Counted from the stretch's first letter, positions 9,605 to 19,835 are shown. The stretch: DNA of 64,000 nucleotides from an uncultured Verrucomicrobiales bacterium (GCA_938091905.1 CALKOM010000023.1:77082-141081); one strand, 5' to 3'. Numbers and translations are program-made. Notes: a model not told the origin generated them from the sequence alone.

Positions 9605-11707
9605 TTACTTGGTGATCTGCTTGATAGCACTACCTGCATTGAGGTTCGCCATGCCATAACGCTTGGCCGCTTCCAAGAGACCTTCCATCTTGCTACGCGA
9701 GCCAGAGTCATCCGCAGCGGTGATCATCTGACCGAGAGCCGCGCTCACCGTCAGATTCTTCAAGTCCTCGGTGGAGAATCCGTAGTCGTCTAACCAACGC
9801 CTTAGCTGGCCTTGGAAATACTCCGGATCGCCGTTGAAGAAAGTTTCCTTCACATCGGTGAGGGCCTGACTATTGCTCAGGGCACGATCGACCGCCTTAC
9901 CCGTCGTGACGGCTCCGGCAATCTTGTCGAAGAACACCGTGTCTCCGCCAATGATATCCACATTCGCATTCTCCAACGCCGTGCCGACAACTTCTGAGTG
10001 GCGGGAGGCGATGTCCTTCTGCGCATCTAGGTCAGCCAATTCGATGACTTTGGCTTTCTCCAAGCCCAAGCGGAACTCCTCGTGTTCGCGACCTTCGCCA
10101 TCAAACTTCTTCATCGCATCTGCTTTCTCCGTGATTCCCTTGGCCTCGGCCAGGGCTTTCAACTCGATGACTTTGGCTTCTGCAGTGCCTTGCTTCTGCA
10201 AAGCGGTAGCTTTCGCCTCGATAACCTGCGCTTCACCCAACCCGGTAGCTGCCGATTCGGCAGCAGTGGCTTCTGCTAGTGTCTTCTTGGCAACGGCCGT
10301 CTTATCAGCAGCTGCTTGATCCGCCTCGGCTGCGATGATGATCTCATCGGCGTGTAATTCCGCCGCCTGCTTCTGGGCTTCGGCTGCTTTCACTGTGCTG
10401 TAAAGTTCCTCGTCAGCCTTGAGCTGGGCGGACTCTTTCGCGGCTTCCGCATCTTTGATCTGTTTGACCAATGCTTCCTCGGCTTCCATCTCGGCGAGCG
10501 TAATCTTGACCTGTTTCTCGCGATCCGCGCCTGCAAAGGCCTCAGTGTCTTTTATCTTCTCTTGCTCTTCCACCACGGTCTTCTCAACAGCGACGCGTTC
10601 CTTAATCACATCTTGAATATTCTTCTTCTCAATCTCGACAGCCTTATCGCGCTCGATGCCCTTCAGCGCCGTCATGCGATCACGTTCGATCTCTTCTAAC
10701 ATACGGTCGCGTTCCACACGTTCGGCTTCGACTACATCCGTTCGCTCCTTGTTCCGTTCGGCCACGATCACTTGGCGATCTTTGTTCTGAGTAGCAATCT
10801 CCAGCTCTTCTTCTGTGGCGATGCGGGCCCGCTCCGACTTCAAACGCTCTTCCTCCCCCACCTTCAGCGCTTCCGCCTCTTCGCGTGCTTGCACCGAAGC
10901 GATTTCACGCTCTTGCTTCGCCCTGGATTCGGCCAGCTGACGATTTAGCTCAAGAATCGCCTCTTCGGCTTCGACGTCTTGCTGCCGAATAACACGTTCC
11001 TTGTCACGATCAATCTGATTCGCCAACTTGGCCTGTTCAGCCGTGAGATCGGTGATCTTCTTAATGCCCTCAGAATCCAGAATATTGTCAGGATTCAACA
11101 TATCAAGCGACGTCTGCTCCAGGTGATCGATGGCACAGTCATCCAAGACAAAGCCATTGAGGTCGGTGCCGATAATCTTGAGGATCTCTTCACGGAAGGT
11201 ATCGCGCTCTTGATAGAGTTCAGCGAAGTCAAAGCGTTTGCCCACGGTCTTCAGGGCCTCTGAGAATTTGGCATCGAAGAGATCCTGGATCTCCCGCTGA
11301 CTCGAGGCGCGCTCACAGCCAATGGCTGAGGCGACACGCTTCACGTCCTGCTCTTCGTTGTTTACCCTCACAAAGTAGACCACTTTGATATCAGCCCGGA
11401 TGTTGTCCTTACAAATGAGGCCATCCTTCCCCTGGCGATTGATTTCGATGCGCTTCACGGAGATGTCCATGATCTCAGATTTGTGAATCACGGGCACGAC
11501 TGGCGTTCCGGTAAAGCACACTTTCGTACCACCCATGCCATTGCGAACGAGCGCCTCCCCTTGGTTCACCTTGCGGTAGCACTTGATGATGAGCACCACG
11601 AGGCCCACGACGAAGAGGATGCCTGCGGCCATGACGACCTTGCCAAGAGCTGGCAACGGACCTTCGGCGGCGAGTAGGATTGTATCTATTTCTGGTAACA
11701 TAATCAA
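9605..11707 (-). CDS. Flotillin-like SPFH/band-7 protein (YqiK-like)
   Basis: N-terminal TM helix, SPFH domain (GLICKDNIRADIKVVYFVRVN) and a long A/E/K-rich coiled coil with AEA repeats. Confidence 0.9.
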   Translation of the reverse strand: MIMLPEIDTILLAAEGPLPALGKVVMAAGILFVVGLVVLIIKCYRKVNQGEALVRNGMGGTKVCFTGTPVVPVIHKSEIMDISVKRIEINRQGKDGLICKDNIRADIKVVYFVRVNNEEQDVKRVASAIGCERASSQREIQDLFDAKFSEALKTVGKRFDFAELYQERDTFREEILKIIGTDLNGFVLDDCAIDHLEQTSLDMLNPDNILDSEGIKKITDLTAEQAKLANQIDRDKERVIRQQDVEAEEAILELNRQLAESRAKQEREIASVQAREEAEALKVGEEERLKSERARIATEEELEIATQNKDRQVIVAERNKERTDVVEAERVERDRMLEEIERDRMTALKGIERDKAVEIEKKNIQDVIKERVAVEKTVVEEQEKIKDTEAFAGADREKQVKITLAEMEAEEALVKQIKDAEAAKESAQLKADEELYSTVKAAEAQKQAAELHADEIIIAAEADQAAADKTAVAKKTLAEATAAESAATGLGEAQVIEAKATALQKQGTAEAKVIELKALAEAKGITEKADAMKKFDGEGREHEEFRLGLEKAKVIELADLDAQKDIASRHSEVVGTALENANVDIIGGDTVFFDKIAGAVTTGKAVDRALSNSQALTDVKETFFNGDPEYFQGQLRRWLDDYGFSTEDLKNLTVSAALGQMITAADDSGSRSKMEGLLEAAKRYGMANLNAGSAIKQITK

Positions 11708-11719
11708 CTTCAGTAAGAG

Positions 11720-12358
11720 TTAGGATTCGAGTTTGCGGACAACGTAGGTTTGGGCGTCGTCGAGCGTGTCGACGACCAAGGCACGATCACCCTTGGCCAG
11801 TGATTTCTGGCCTTGGGACACACGCACGTGAAGGAGCAAGGGGTTACCAGAGTCATCTTCGGCCTCGGCCTGGCCGAATGTCTCCGTGACTTCACTGGTC
11901 TTAATCACACAGGCTCTACCAATGACAGGCCGGTGCTTCTCGCCCTCCTTCAGCTTCCGCATGAGCGGCTTGAGAGGCACGGTAAGGAACTTCGTCAAGA
12001 GGAGACTGACAACCCCATTCGCAAATAACCACCCACCAGCAATCAAGAAAGACTGCCCCGGATTGAAGTAGTAATTAAGGGCAACAGCGCCCGCCCAAAC
12101 GAGCGTGATAAGGACGGAGAGCAGAATCATCAACGGCACTTCTCCAAGATTGAAGAAGCGCAACAAGCCAAGGCCGATCGAACCGCCATGAACCTGTGTA
12201 TCGACATCGACGTCAGCATCGAGATCAAGGTTAGGCTCTAAAGCATCAGAATCGACAATCCCAAAGACAGTGATCGTCCAGAAGAGCACCACGAGCACAA
12301 AACACACCGTGATCGGAAAATTGTAGAAACGTAAGGATTCTTGTAGTAGTTCACTCAT
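11720..12358 (-). CDS. YqiJ/DUF1449-like (NfeD-like) membrane protein with C-terminal OB fold
   Basis: TM helices, acidic DLDADVDVD loop, GEVPLMILLS motif, C-terminal IGRACVI...FGQAE...KGDRALVV. Lies directly upstream of the flotillin gene. Confidence 0.8.
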   Translation of the reverse strand: MSELLQESLRFYNFPITVCFVLVVLFWTITVFGIVDSDALEPNLDLDADVDVDTQVHGGSIGLGLLRFFNLGEVPLMILLSVLITLVWAGAVALNYYFNPGQSFLIAGGWLFANGVVSLLLTKFLTVPLKPLMRKLKEGEKHRPVIGRACVIKTSEVTETFGQAEAEDDSGNPLLLHVRVSQGQKSLAKGDRALVVDTLDDAQTYVVRKLES

Positions 12359-12432
12359 TCAGCCAAGACACATCTTTTAGACGATGCGCTATCTTAGGCC
12401 GTGAGGTCAATCCCGCGATTACAATGCCCGCG

Positions 12433-13524
12433 CTAGATTCCACCGCTCAGAGATTCCAAATTCTCCTCGAAGAGTGTCAGTTGCTCAAGCTCGGAAGCCT
12501 CTTCCTGGCTTCGAAACCGGACTCCAGCGCCTAAAAGCCGCACATGACGGGTGTTTGATCGTTGCCAGCCGTCTTGCAAGAGAGATTCGTAAAGCTTCCA
12601 CTCAGGCGCACTCGTCTGGCGCTCGACGGTGGTATGACGAAAGTCGTTGAACTTCAGCTTCACGAAAGCGCTCTTGATGCTCCGATCTTTATGCTTCGCA
12701 AGATCATCGCACAATTCTTCCCACAACGCCTGTAGCTTGGGGACACTTTCTTCAAAGCAGGTGATATCTTCTGAATAGGTTCGCTCGTTGCTAACGGACT
12801 TCCGCTCACGAGAGGGTTGAACCGGACGGTCATCTCGGCCTCGGCTCAAGTGATAAAGTGCGGTCCCGAATCGCCCGAAGCGCCGATGTAACTCGGTAAG
12901 AGCATGATTCTGCACATCCCCACAAGTCTCGATGCCAGCCTTCAAGAGACGCTCAGCCGTCTTCGCTCCTACCCCCCAGAGCTTGCGCACTGGCAGGTCT
13001 GCCATGAAGCCTTCTACACTATCAGACTTGACCTCGAATTGGCCATCCGGCTTGTTCCAATCACTAGCGATCTTCGCTAAGAGTTTGTTAGGAGCTATTC
13101 CAGCAGAAGCCGTAAGTCCTGTCGTCTCGCGAATTTCCGCACGGATCTCCTCGGCCACCGACTCTCCCGAAGAACGCCAGTGGGAGACATCCAAGTAGGC
13201 TTCATCCAATGATAGGGGCTCGATCAGCCCCGTATACTTAGCAAAGATGGCGCGAATCTGCTGGGACTCCGCACGATAGACGCCAAACCGAACTGGCATG
13301 ATGATGAGACTGGGACACTGCCGTAGCGCTTTGAACGCGGGCATCGCGGACCGACAGCCAAACTTGCGGGCCTCGTAATTCGCGGTGGTAAGCACGCCTC
13401 TACCGGAAGAGCCGCCTACAGCGACGGGCTTGCCGCGCAGTTCAGGGTGATCACGCACCTCGATCGCCGCATAGAAACAATCCATGTCGATATGGATGAT
13501 CTTTCTCGGCGATTCTTCAGTCAT
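12433..13524 (-). CDS. dinB: DNA polymerase IV
   Basis: IIHIDMDCFYAAIE, NYEARKFG, SLDEAYLD and NKLLAKIASDWNKPDG Y-family motifs. Confidence 0.97.
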   Translation of the reverse strand: MTEESPRKIIHIDMDCFYAAIEVRDHPELRGKPVAVGGSSGRGVLTTANYEARKFGCRSAMPAFKALRQCPSLIIMPVRFGVYRAESQQIRAIFAKYTGLIEPLSLDEAYLDVSHWRSSGESVAEEIRAEIRETTGLTASAGIAPNKLLAKIASDWNKPDGQFEVKSDSVEGFMADLPVRKLWGVGAKTAERLLKAGIETCGDVQNHALTELHRRFGRFGTALYHLSRGRDDRPVQPSRERKSVSNERTYSEDITCFEESVPKLQALWEELCDDLAKHKDRSIKSAFVKLKFNDFRHTTVERQTSAPEWKLYESLLQDGWQRSNTRHVRLLGAGVRFRSQEEASELEQLTLFEENLESLSGGI

Positions 13525-13963
13525 CGTTCAAGAAAACCAAGCAATCCGCTAAGATTCGCTCCTGCATCGCCGCCATGCACTCAAAATCTTCAGGTGATTT
13601 GTCGAGATACCCCGCGAGATGCAGCAAGCCATGCACCATGTAAAGAGCCACTTCATGCTGCCAAGAACGCCCGTACTCCTGTGCCTGGCGTTCTGCGGTA
13701 TCGATGCTAATAAGAATCTCCCCATGATGAAAAGTGATCACATCCGTAGGGTCTGGAAGACTCATAAAGTCATCATGCACTCGAGCAATGGTGGGATCAT
13801 TGACAAAGGTGATCTCAATCTCTTCAAGTGCCCGCAGCACCCCCCTGTTACGCTGCACAGCTACGACGCGAGCTAGAGCGCTCTGCCCGAGCTGCTCCAA
13901 CCAAGCCAAGTCTAACGGATGCTCCCGCTCCGATTGATCACTGAGCAGAACCTTAGGCTGCAT
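13517..13963 (-). CDS. ybeY: rRNA maturation endoribonuclease YbeY
   Basis: PTDVITF and HGLLHLAGYLD motifs. Probable ATG at 13963 overlaps the end of the upstream gene. Confidence 0.9.
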   Translation of the reverse strand: MQPKVLLSDQSEREHPLDLAWLEQLGQSALARVVAVQRNRGVLRALEEIEITFVNDPTIARVHDDFMSLPDPTDVITFHHGEILISIDTAERQAQEYGRSWQHEVALYMVHGLLHLAGYLDKSPEDFECMAAMQERILADCLVFLNDD

Positions 13964-15599
13964 CGATGACCCGAAGCCGCTTGCTAGAATTGCCATTCGT
14001 GGGCGAAGTTTCATCGGCATCCGACTTCTTGGCCGCCTTTGGATAGGCGATACGGGTGTGTAACATGCTGATGAGCGTCTTCGTAAAGCTCTCTTTTATC
14101 TGCGCCAGTTCGCGCATCGTCAGGTCGCAATCATCCAGCTGCCCATCCTTCATTCGCATGGACACCATGGTCTCGACAAGTTGCTCGATCTTGGAATGCG
14201 TCGGTTTGTCCAACGACCGCGACGCGCTCTCCACCGAGTCCGCCAAACTGATAATGGCGCTCTCTTTGGTCTGTGGAATAGGCCCAGGATAACGGAAATC
14301 CTCTTCATTCACTTCAGGAATATCTTCTTCCCGCGCTTTCCCCTCTTCTACCAGCTTTCGGACAGCTTCCTGTTTATCAAGTGCACGACGGTAAAAGTAA
14401 TACACGAGCGAAGTCCCATGATGCTCCTGAATAACATCAATGATAGGCATCTTTAACTTGTGTTTGAGTGCGAGATCCACGCCCTCTTTCACGTGTGAGT
14501 GAATGACGAGCACACTCATACTCGGAGAGAGATCATCGTGCGGGTTGTCCTCCGGATTGATGTTCTCAATGAAGTAGCCCGGTTTTATCAGCTTGCCGAT
14601 GTCATGGAAATAACTGCAAACCTGACACTGAATGGCACTGGCTCCGACCCGTTCAGCAGCACTCTCTGCCAGTCGAGCCACCACGAGGCTATGATGATAA
14701 GTACCTGGTGCCTCGATCGTCATCCTTTTAAGCAACTTGTGGTTGAGATCAGCGAGCTCAAGCCAAGTGATATTCGTTGTGATACCGAAGAGTGTCTCCA
14801 ACATGGGCAAGAAGCCACCGACAATCCCCGCCGTAATGATACCCACGAGCAGCACCGTGAGAATCTGCACCCCGACCGTGCGTGGACTCATCGCTGAAAT
14901 ATCTGCCGCGAAAGGAATATGTCCTAGCATCAGCGCTAAAACCAGCGAAACAAGTCCCACGTAGCAACCTGCGCGCATGAGGCAACCACGTTTGCGTAGA
15001 TCATGGGTCGCATACACCGCAACCACGCCTGCCAACAAACTCCCGATGAGAAAATCAAAGAGAAGGGACTGCTCAATGATGAGACAGCCAAAGATGGCCG
15101 AGAAGATCGTGGCAAAGATCGCCTGACGACGTCCTAACAAAACCGACAACGCCATTGGAGCGAGCGCATACGGGATCAATAAGAAAAGGAAATGACGGCT
15201 CGTATCCGGGGTTTGGCTAAGCGCCGGCAAGAGATCCACCACAATGCCACATAGCCTAACCAAACTTACCTGGAGCAACACGGCACCGTACATAAGCAAG
15301 CTACGACCATTATGCGCAAAACTAATTGGGTGATTTGCGTAAAACTGAACAAACGACGCGATGAAAATCAGTCCACCGACCACGGAAGCCTTGAGCGCGT
15401 CCTGCCCGTAAACATGACCCACATCCGTGGAATAGATCAGGCCGACCAGCCCCGCATAGAATCCTAGGAAAATGAGAGCCTTGAGAAACGGGTTCTGCTC
15501 TAGCAATTGCCGAAACTCGCTCTCTCCCTGCTTGCGTCTCCGACGACTGGTCGCCAAGCCGCGCCGCTGCAATTGAAGGCGTTTTAAAGAACGTAACAT
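13953..15599 (-). CDS. 7TM-HD (HDIG) membrane phosphohydrolase, PgpH-like (putative cyclic di-AMP phosphodiesterase)
   Basis: Multiple TM helices followed by EAPGTYHHS, HDIGK, YFIEN, HHGTS, FRYPGP and LADSVE. Adjacent to ybeY, as is usual for this family. Confidence 0.88.
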   Translation of the reverse strand: MLRSLKRLQLQRRGLATSRRRRKQGESEFRQLLEQNPFLKALIFLGFYAGLVGLIYSTDVGHVYGQDALKASVVGGLIFIASFVQFYANHPISFAHNGRSLLMYGAVLLQVSLVRLCGIVVDLLPALSQTPDTSRHFLFLLIPYALAPMALSVLLGRRQAIFATIFSAIFGCLIIEQSLLFDFLIGSLLAGVVAVYATHDLRKRGCLMRAGCYVGLVSLVLALMLGHIPFAADISAMSPRTVGVQILTVLLVGIITAGIVGGFLPMLETLFGITTNITWLELADLNHKLLKRMTIEAPGTYHHSLVVARLAESAAERVGASAIQCQVCSYFHDIGKLIKPGYFIENINPEDNPHDDLSPSMSVLVIHSHVKEGVDLALKHKLKMPIIDVIQEHHGTSLVYYFYRRALDKQEAVRKLVEEGKAREEDIPEVNEEDFRYPGPIPQTKESAIISLADSVESASRSLDKPTHSKIEQLVETMVSMRMKDGQLDDCDLTMRELAQIKESFTKTLISMLHTRIAYPKAAKKSDADETSPTNGNSSKRLRVIDAA

Positions 15600-16122
15600 C
15601 GATGAAGAGGGAGGGACGCAAGGGCCAAACCAATCTACCGTTCAACCAGCACTCACACGTGCTAGATCAGATCGAAAGGAAAGGTTTCGGTTCATTGCGG
15701 CCCTGATCCTAAGCCTTGCAAAGTGTCTGCCAAGCGATTTCCACTCGTTCATTTAGGTCTACAAGCTATTGACAAAACCTAAATACTCGCTTTGCCCTAG
15801 AGCCATCTATAATCGGGCACCTCTACCAGATTCAATATCGACTAATTACCTAGTGAAAGAGCCTCTCGAAGCCTGAATTTTCCAGAGATCGGTCGGCATT
15901 TCGTCGGGAATCCGGTCCTAAAGATGGAAGCCAAGGATCTGCTCTCTGCTACATTTAAAAGTGTCCGACAGACACGGATTCTCGTGTACGATGATGATTC
16001 CACTAGGTTCTCATCTTCGATTGAACGTCCGTTAGAGCGCATTCCTATTGCCACCCTCTCAATTACCAAGAAGAGTGCTAGCAGTGAACGAGGAAGACGA
16101 TAAGAATAAATTGAGGGAGAGC

Positions 16123-16848
16123 ATGCCTTCCGTTCCATTCAAGGCGAAAGACCGTATTCAGGACATGCGCGAATCAGATCGACCTCGCGAGAAGCTCGCC
16201 CGGAGCGGTGCTCGTCATCTTACAGATGCCGAACTTCTTGCCCTCTTCTTTCGTATTGGGATCCGAGGAAAGAACGCCATCACGATGAGTCGAGAACTCA
16301 TTGAGAAATATGGTAGTCTCCAAGCACTATCCCGCCTCACCGTCGACCAATTATCGAAGACAAACAAAGGCATTGGCCCAGCAAAGGCAGCCGAACTGGT
16401 AGCCGTCTTTGAGATGGGACGGCGCTTGGCAGCGGAGCAATTGGAGGACGTGCCCCTCAATCAACCAGACCGGGTTTATGCACTCCTTGCCTCCGAGATG
16501 CAGCAGTTGCAGGCGGAATCACTCCGTGTGCTCTTGCTGAACACCCGATTGCGTTTGGTGAAAGCAGAAGAGATTTCCAGAGGGAGCATCAGCGAGACCG
16601 TCGCGCACCCTCGAGACATTCTCCATCCCGTGCTGCTACATCGATGTCACGGGTTTGTCCTGGTCCACAATCACCCCTCAGGAGATCCCGAGCCCAGCTC
16701 TGCCGATCGGACGTTAACTCGGCGCGTGAGGGAGGCGGCTGATCTTATGCGCGTGGAAATGTTAGACCACATCATCATCGGTCATCCCTCAGTACACGGC
16801 GATGCTGGTCCGGGCTACTTCAGTTTTAAAGAGCACGGCATGCTTTGA
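16123..16848 (+). CDS. radC: RadC family JAB-domain protein
   Basis: DRPREKL, LTDAELLA, GIGPAKA (HhH), HNHPSGDPEPSSAD and LDHIIIG. ATG at 16123 follows gagggag. Confidence 0.95.
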   Translation: MPSVPFKAKDRIQDMRESDRPREKLARSGARHLTDAELLALFFRIGIRGKNAITMSRELIEKYGSLQALSRLTVDQLSKTNKGIGPAKAAELVAVFEMGRRLAAEQLEDVPLNQPDRVYALLASEMQQLQAESLRVLLLNTRLRLVKAEEISRGSISETVAHPRDILHPVLLHRCHGFVLVHNHPSGDPEPSSADRTLTRRVREAADLMRVEMLDHIIIGHPSVHGDAGPGYFSFKEHGML

Positions 16849-18314
16849 GCTTCTTCCGGCTCATCCAATATTGCAGGGCCAAGGATCCTACAATAAGAAT
16901 CACGAAAGCGAGTGCCAGTGGCCGAGCGAAGAAAGGCATTGAGCTTCCTCCAGAATCGATGAGTGCGCGACGTAGATTCCCTCCCACCATGGGGCCAAGG
17001 ATGAGGCCAATGACTAGCGGAGCTGCTGGATAGCCTTGTTCTTCCAGAAAGTAGGCGACCACACCAAAGCCGAGCATGAAGCCGACATCCCAGAGACTGT
17101 TAGAAAAAGCATAGGCTCCAATCACGGAGAAAAGCGCCACCATGGGCATGAGAAAAGCTGTCGGAATTCATAAGATATGAGTGGAGACTCGACTTAAAAG
17201 AAATCCTAACACCAGCATGACAATCGACGCCCGTAACAGAATGGCAGCCATCTGCGGAATAAAGTGAGGCATCTTCTCGACAAGATTCGGTCCAGGAATG
17301 GCGTGATTGAGCGACAAGGCGCCCAACAACATCGTCGCAGGAGGTGATCCAGGAATCCCCAATGTCAGCAACGGAATCAGGGCACCGCCGATGCCGGCGT
17401 TGTTGGCCGACTCCGCAGCGACAAGGCCTTCCATCGAACCCTGACCAAACTTCTCAGGCTCCTTGCTCACCTTCTTTGCCGTGTCCTACGACAGCCACGC
17501 CGCGATGTCTTCGCCGACACTAGGAATCGAGCCTACCCCCACCCCCAACATGCCAGAACGGATTGCATTGAGAATATTCCCTTTTAGAATTCTCCACTGG
17601 GGCAACAACCGAGTGATCTTGGGGGGGCTTGCCCGCTGATGTCGGACGCATCATCGCTAGAATGATCTAAGGAACCGCAAAGGCATCGAGAAATACTGGG
17701 ATTGCATTGAAACCATTCGTCAACTCTGTCGTGCCGAAGGTAAACCGGTGATAGCCATGAATGGCACCGATGCCAATCGTCGCTAAAAGAATGCCCAACA
17801 AACCCGCGATCCATCCTTTGATCGGTGTATCTGCCGCCGTGAGAGAGCCACAGATGAGCCTTCCGAACAGCGCGAGCAGGAAATTCTCCGTCGACTGAAA
17901 CTTCAAGGCCAACGCACTCAAGACAGGCACCAGCATTGCAAGCTCCCCAAACACCGTGCCGGCAAAGGACATGATCGTAGCGGTAGCGATGGCTTTTCCA
18001 CCGCGCCCTTGTTTGCAGAGCGGGTGCCCTTCCAACGCCGTCGCCGCTCCGGCTGCGGTGCCAGGAACGTTAAGAAGCACGGCCGGGTGACACCCGCCGT
18101 AGATTGCTCCGACATACACGCCCATCAACGCAACCATCGTCGTTTCCAACGGGAGCTCCAGGGTTGAAGTCGCCGTGGTCAGCAGCGCGATACCTAACGT
18201 TGCCGTCAATCCAGGCAAGGCCCCAAACACAATCCCCATGACAACGGCACCGACGAGCACCAACGCATGGGTAAGGCTTTAGATCTGGCCCAACTGTTGG
18301 CCAAAACGTTTCAA
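16826..18314 (-). pseudogene. tctA: Tripartite tricarboxylate transporter large permease TctA, disrupted
   Basis: Collinear fragments GALPGLTAT, YVGAIYGG, LLNVPGT, AAESANNA, PLLTLGIPGSP and GLILGP. In-frame stops at 18279-81, 17667-69, 17486-88 and 17168-70, plus a frameshift between 17666 and 17489. Confidence 0.9.
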
Positions 18315-18321
18315 TTATATG

Positions 18322-18513
18322 CTAGGGCAAAGGCACACGTAAGGGTCCACTGAAAAGCGCGGCAACACCCCAAGCAAGCAACACCGCTCCGACCAAGATG
18401 GCCACAATCACCCCACGACTCGGAAACCGCTCACCAGGCCGATAGAAACCAAGTGCAAAGACACTGAGGAACAGCGCGCTAAATCCAACAAATGGCAGCA
18501 CTTGCCATTTCAA
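18322..18513 (-). pseudogene. tctB: C-terminal remnant of TctB
   Basis: Two TM helices ending LFSGPLRVPLP, a TctB-like C-terminus, immediately upstream of tctA. The N-terminal half and tctC are absent. Confidence 0.6.
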
Positions 18514-18628
18514 TCTGTGTCTTGCCCAGGGAGGTCAAGACAGCGCTTAGTATCGCAGATGAACCGGCGTATCAGCCACAGCAAAACTATCCTATTCACT
18601 TTGAAGGAATCCAATGCCCCCCCGCCCG

Positions 18629-19063
18629 CTAGCGTGGAACATGGCCCTTCTCGATATCCACGCAATCCCAATATGATTCTCCATAGTCAAAGAAGATCTC
18701 GTCACCTGGAAGGATCTCTTTCATGGCAGAAATCCTTGCCTTCTTCCAGCGAGACGACGTGATGAGCTCCGCGTTTGGCTTCGTTTCGTCGTGATTGACG
18801 AAGCGGGTGTAGTTTGCCCAAGCCCCTTCACCCCAGATCCAGCAATCCTTACAGACCCAAACAAGATACAGCGAGTTGACGTAGGGCTCTGAATTCGCCT
18901 CAGCGTCCGTGAGGAGCTTGCCTGTATATGGCCCGATAGTATCGTTAGGAAGAAGGTGAACTTTTGAAAACAAACCGTCCCCAGCTTCAGGAATGGTCGA
19001 CTTCTTTACTTCGAAATCGTCTTCGGTCCACACCGTAGGGGTTTGAGTTCGCTTCCTTGACAT
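18629..19063 (-). CDS. SET-domain protein (putative protein-lysine methyltransferase)
   Basis: KSTIPEAGDGLF, IGPYTG, RFVNH and GDEIFFDYGESYW SET motifs. Confidence 0.9.
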   Translation of the reverse strand: MSRKRTQTPTVWTEDDFEVKKSTIPEAGDGLFSKVHLLPNDTIGPYTGKLLTDAEANSEPYVNSLYLVWVCKDCWIWGEGAWANYTRFVNHDETKPNAELITSSRWKKARISAMKEILPGDEIFFDYGESYWDCVDIEKGHVPR

Positions 19064-19226
19064 CTCGAAACGGAATTAGCCCCTCACCACACACTTGTCC
19101 AAGAAACAACTGAGAATTGTGTCAGTTTGACAACCATCAGCATTCAACATAAAAGCTAGAGGAGTTTAAAGACAAAAGTTCAATCCGGAACTCTCACAAA
19201 CACGCTAACACCAAGGCGAAAGTCGA

Positions 19227-19793
19227 TTAAACCTTCATGATCTCTTTCTCTTTCGCCGAGACCTGTTCGTCGATTTGCTTCACACTGGCATCTGTGAGCC
19301 CTTGGATCTCTTTCTCCAATCGACGCAAATCATCTTCGGTTATCTCTTTTTCCTTCTCAAGCTTCTTCACCTTGTCAATGCCGTCCTTGCGAACACCTCG
19401 CACACGCACACGTGAATCTTCAGCCATCCCCTTCACCACTTTGACTAAATCTCGGCGTCGCTCCTCTGAAAGTTCTGGAATAGGCAGGCGGATATTCTTG
19501 CCATCGACATTCGGATTGATCCCAAGCTTGGACTCTTTTAGACCACGCTCGATATCCTGCGTTGTGCTTGGATCAAAGGGCTGCACGACAATCAGCCGCG
19601 GCTCTGGCGTGGTGATCATGGCAAGCTGCTTCAACTTCATGGACGAGCCATAGCTCGCCACGTGAATATCAATCCCCTCGACAAGCGTCGGCGAAGCCTT
19701 GCCCGTTCGGACGCCGGCAAATTCCTGGACCATGTGGCCCACAGCGTTCTTCATGCCCTCTTCAGTTTCGAGTATTGCGGTATCAGCGTCCAT
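19227..19793 (-). CDS. frr: Ribosome recycling factor
   Basis: VRTGKASP, IVVQPFD, LSEERR, ITEDD and KEKEIMKV. Confidence 0.97.
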   Translation of the reverse strand: MDADTAILETEEGMKNAVGHMVQEFAGVRTGKASPTLVEGIDIHVASYGSSMKLKQLAMITTPEPRLIVVQPFDPSTTQDIERGLKESKLGINPNVDGKNIRLPIPELSEERRRDLVKVVKGMAEDSRVRVRGVRKDGIDKVKKLEKEKEITEDDLRRLEKEIQGLTDASVKQIDEQVSAKEKEIMKV

Positions 19794-19835
19794 GGGTGCA
19801 AATAGATTTAAAGGTAGTCGTGGTGGAAAGAAGTT

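Noticed and set aside
4763..11677. Numerous 60-210 aa plus-strand ORFs opposite the ATPase and flotillin genes, and similar antisense ORFs elsewhere
   Set aside because: They are antisense shadows of well-supported genes and have no recognisable motifs.
15600..16120. Long intergenic region with acctagtg/cactaggt and atttaggt/acctaaat inverted repeats, as a possible 6S RNA
   Set aside because: The inner pairings conflict with each other and I found no recognisable 6S motif. An Rfam search is needed to decide.
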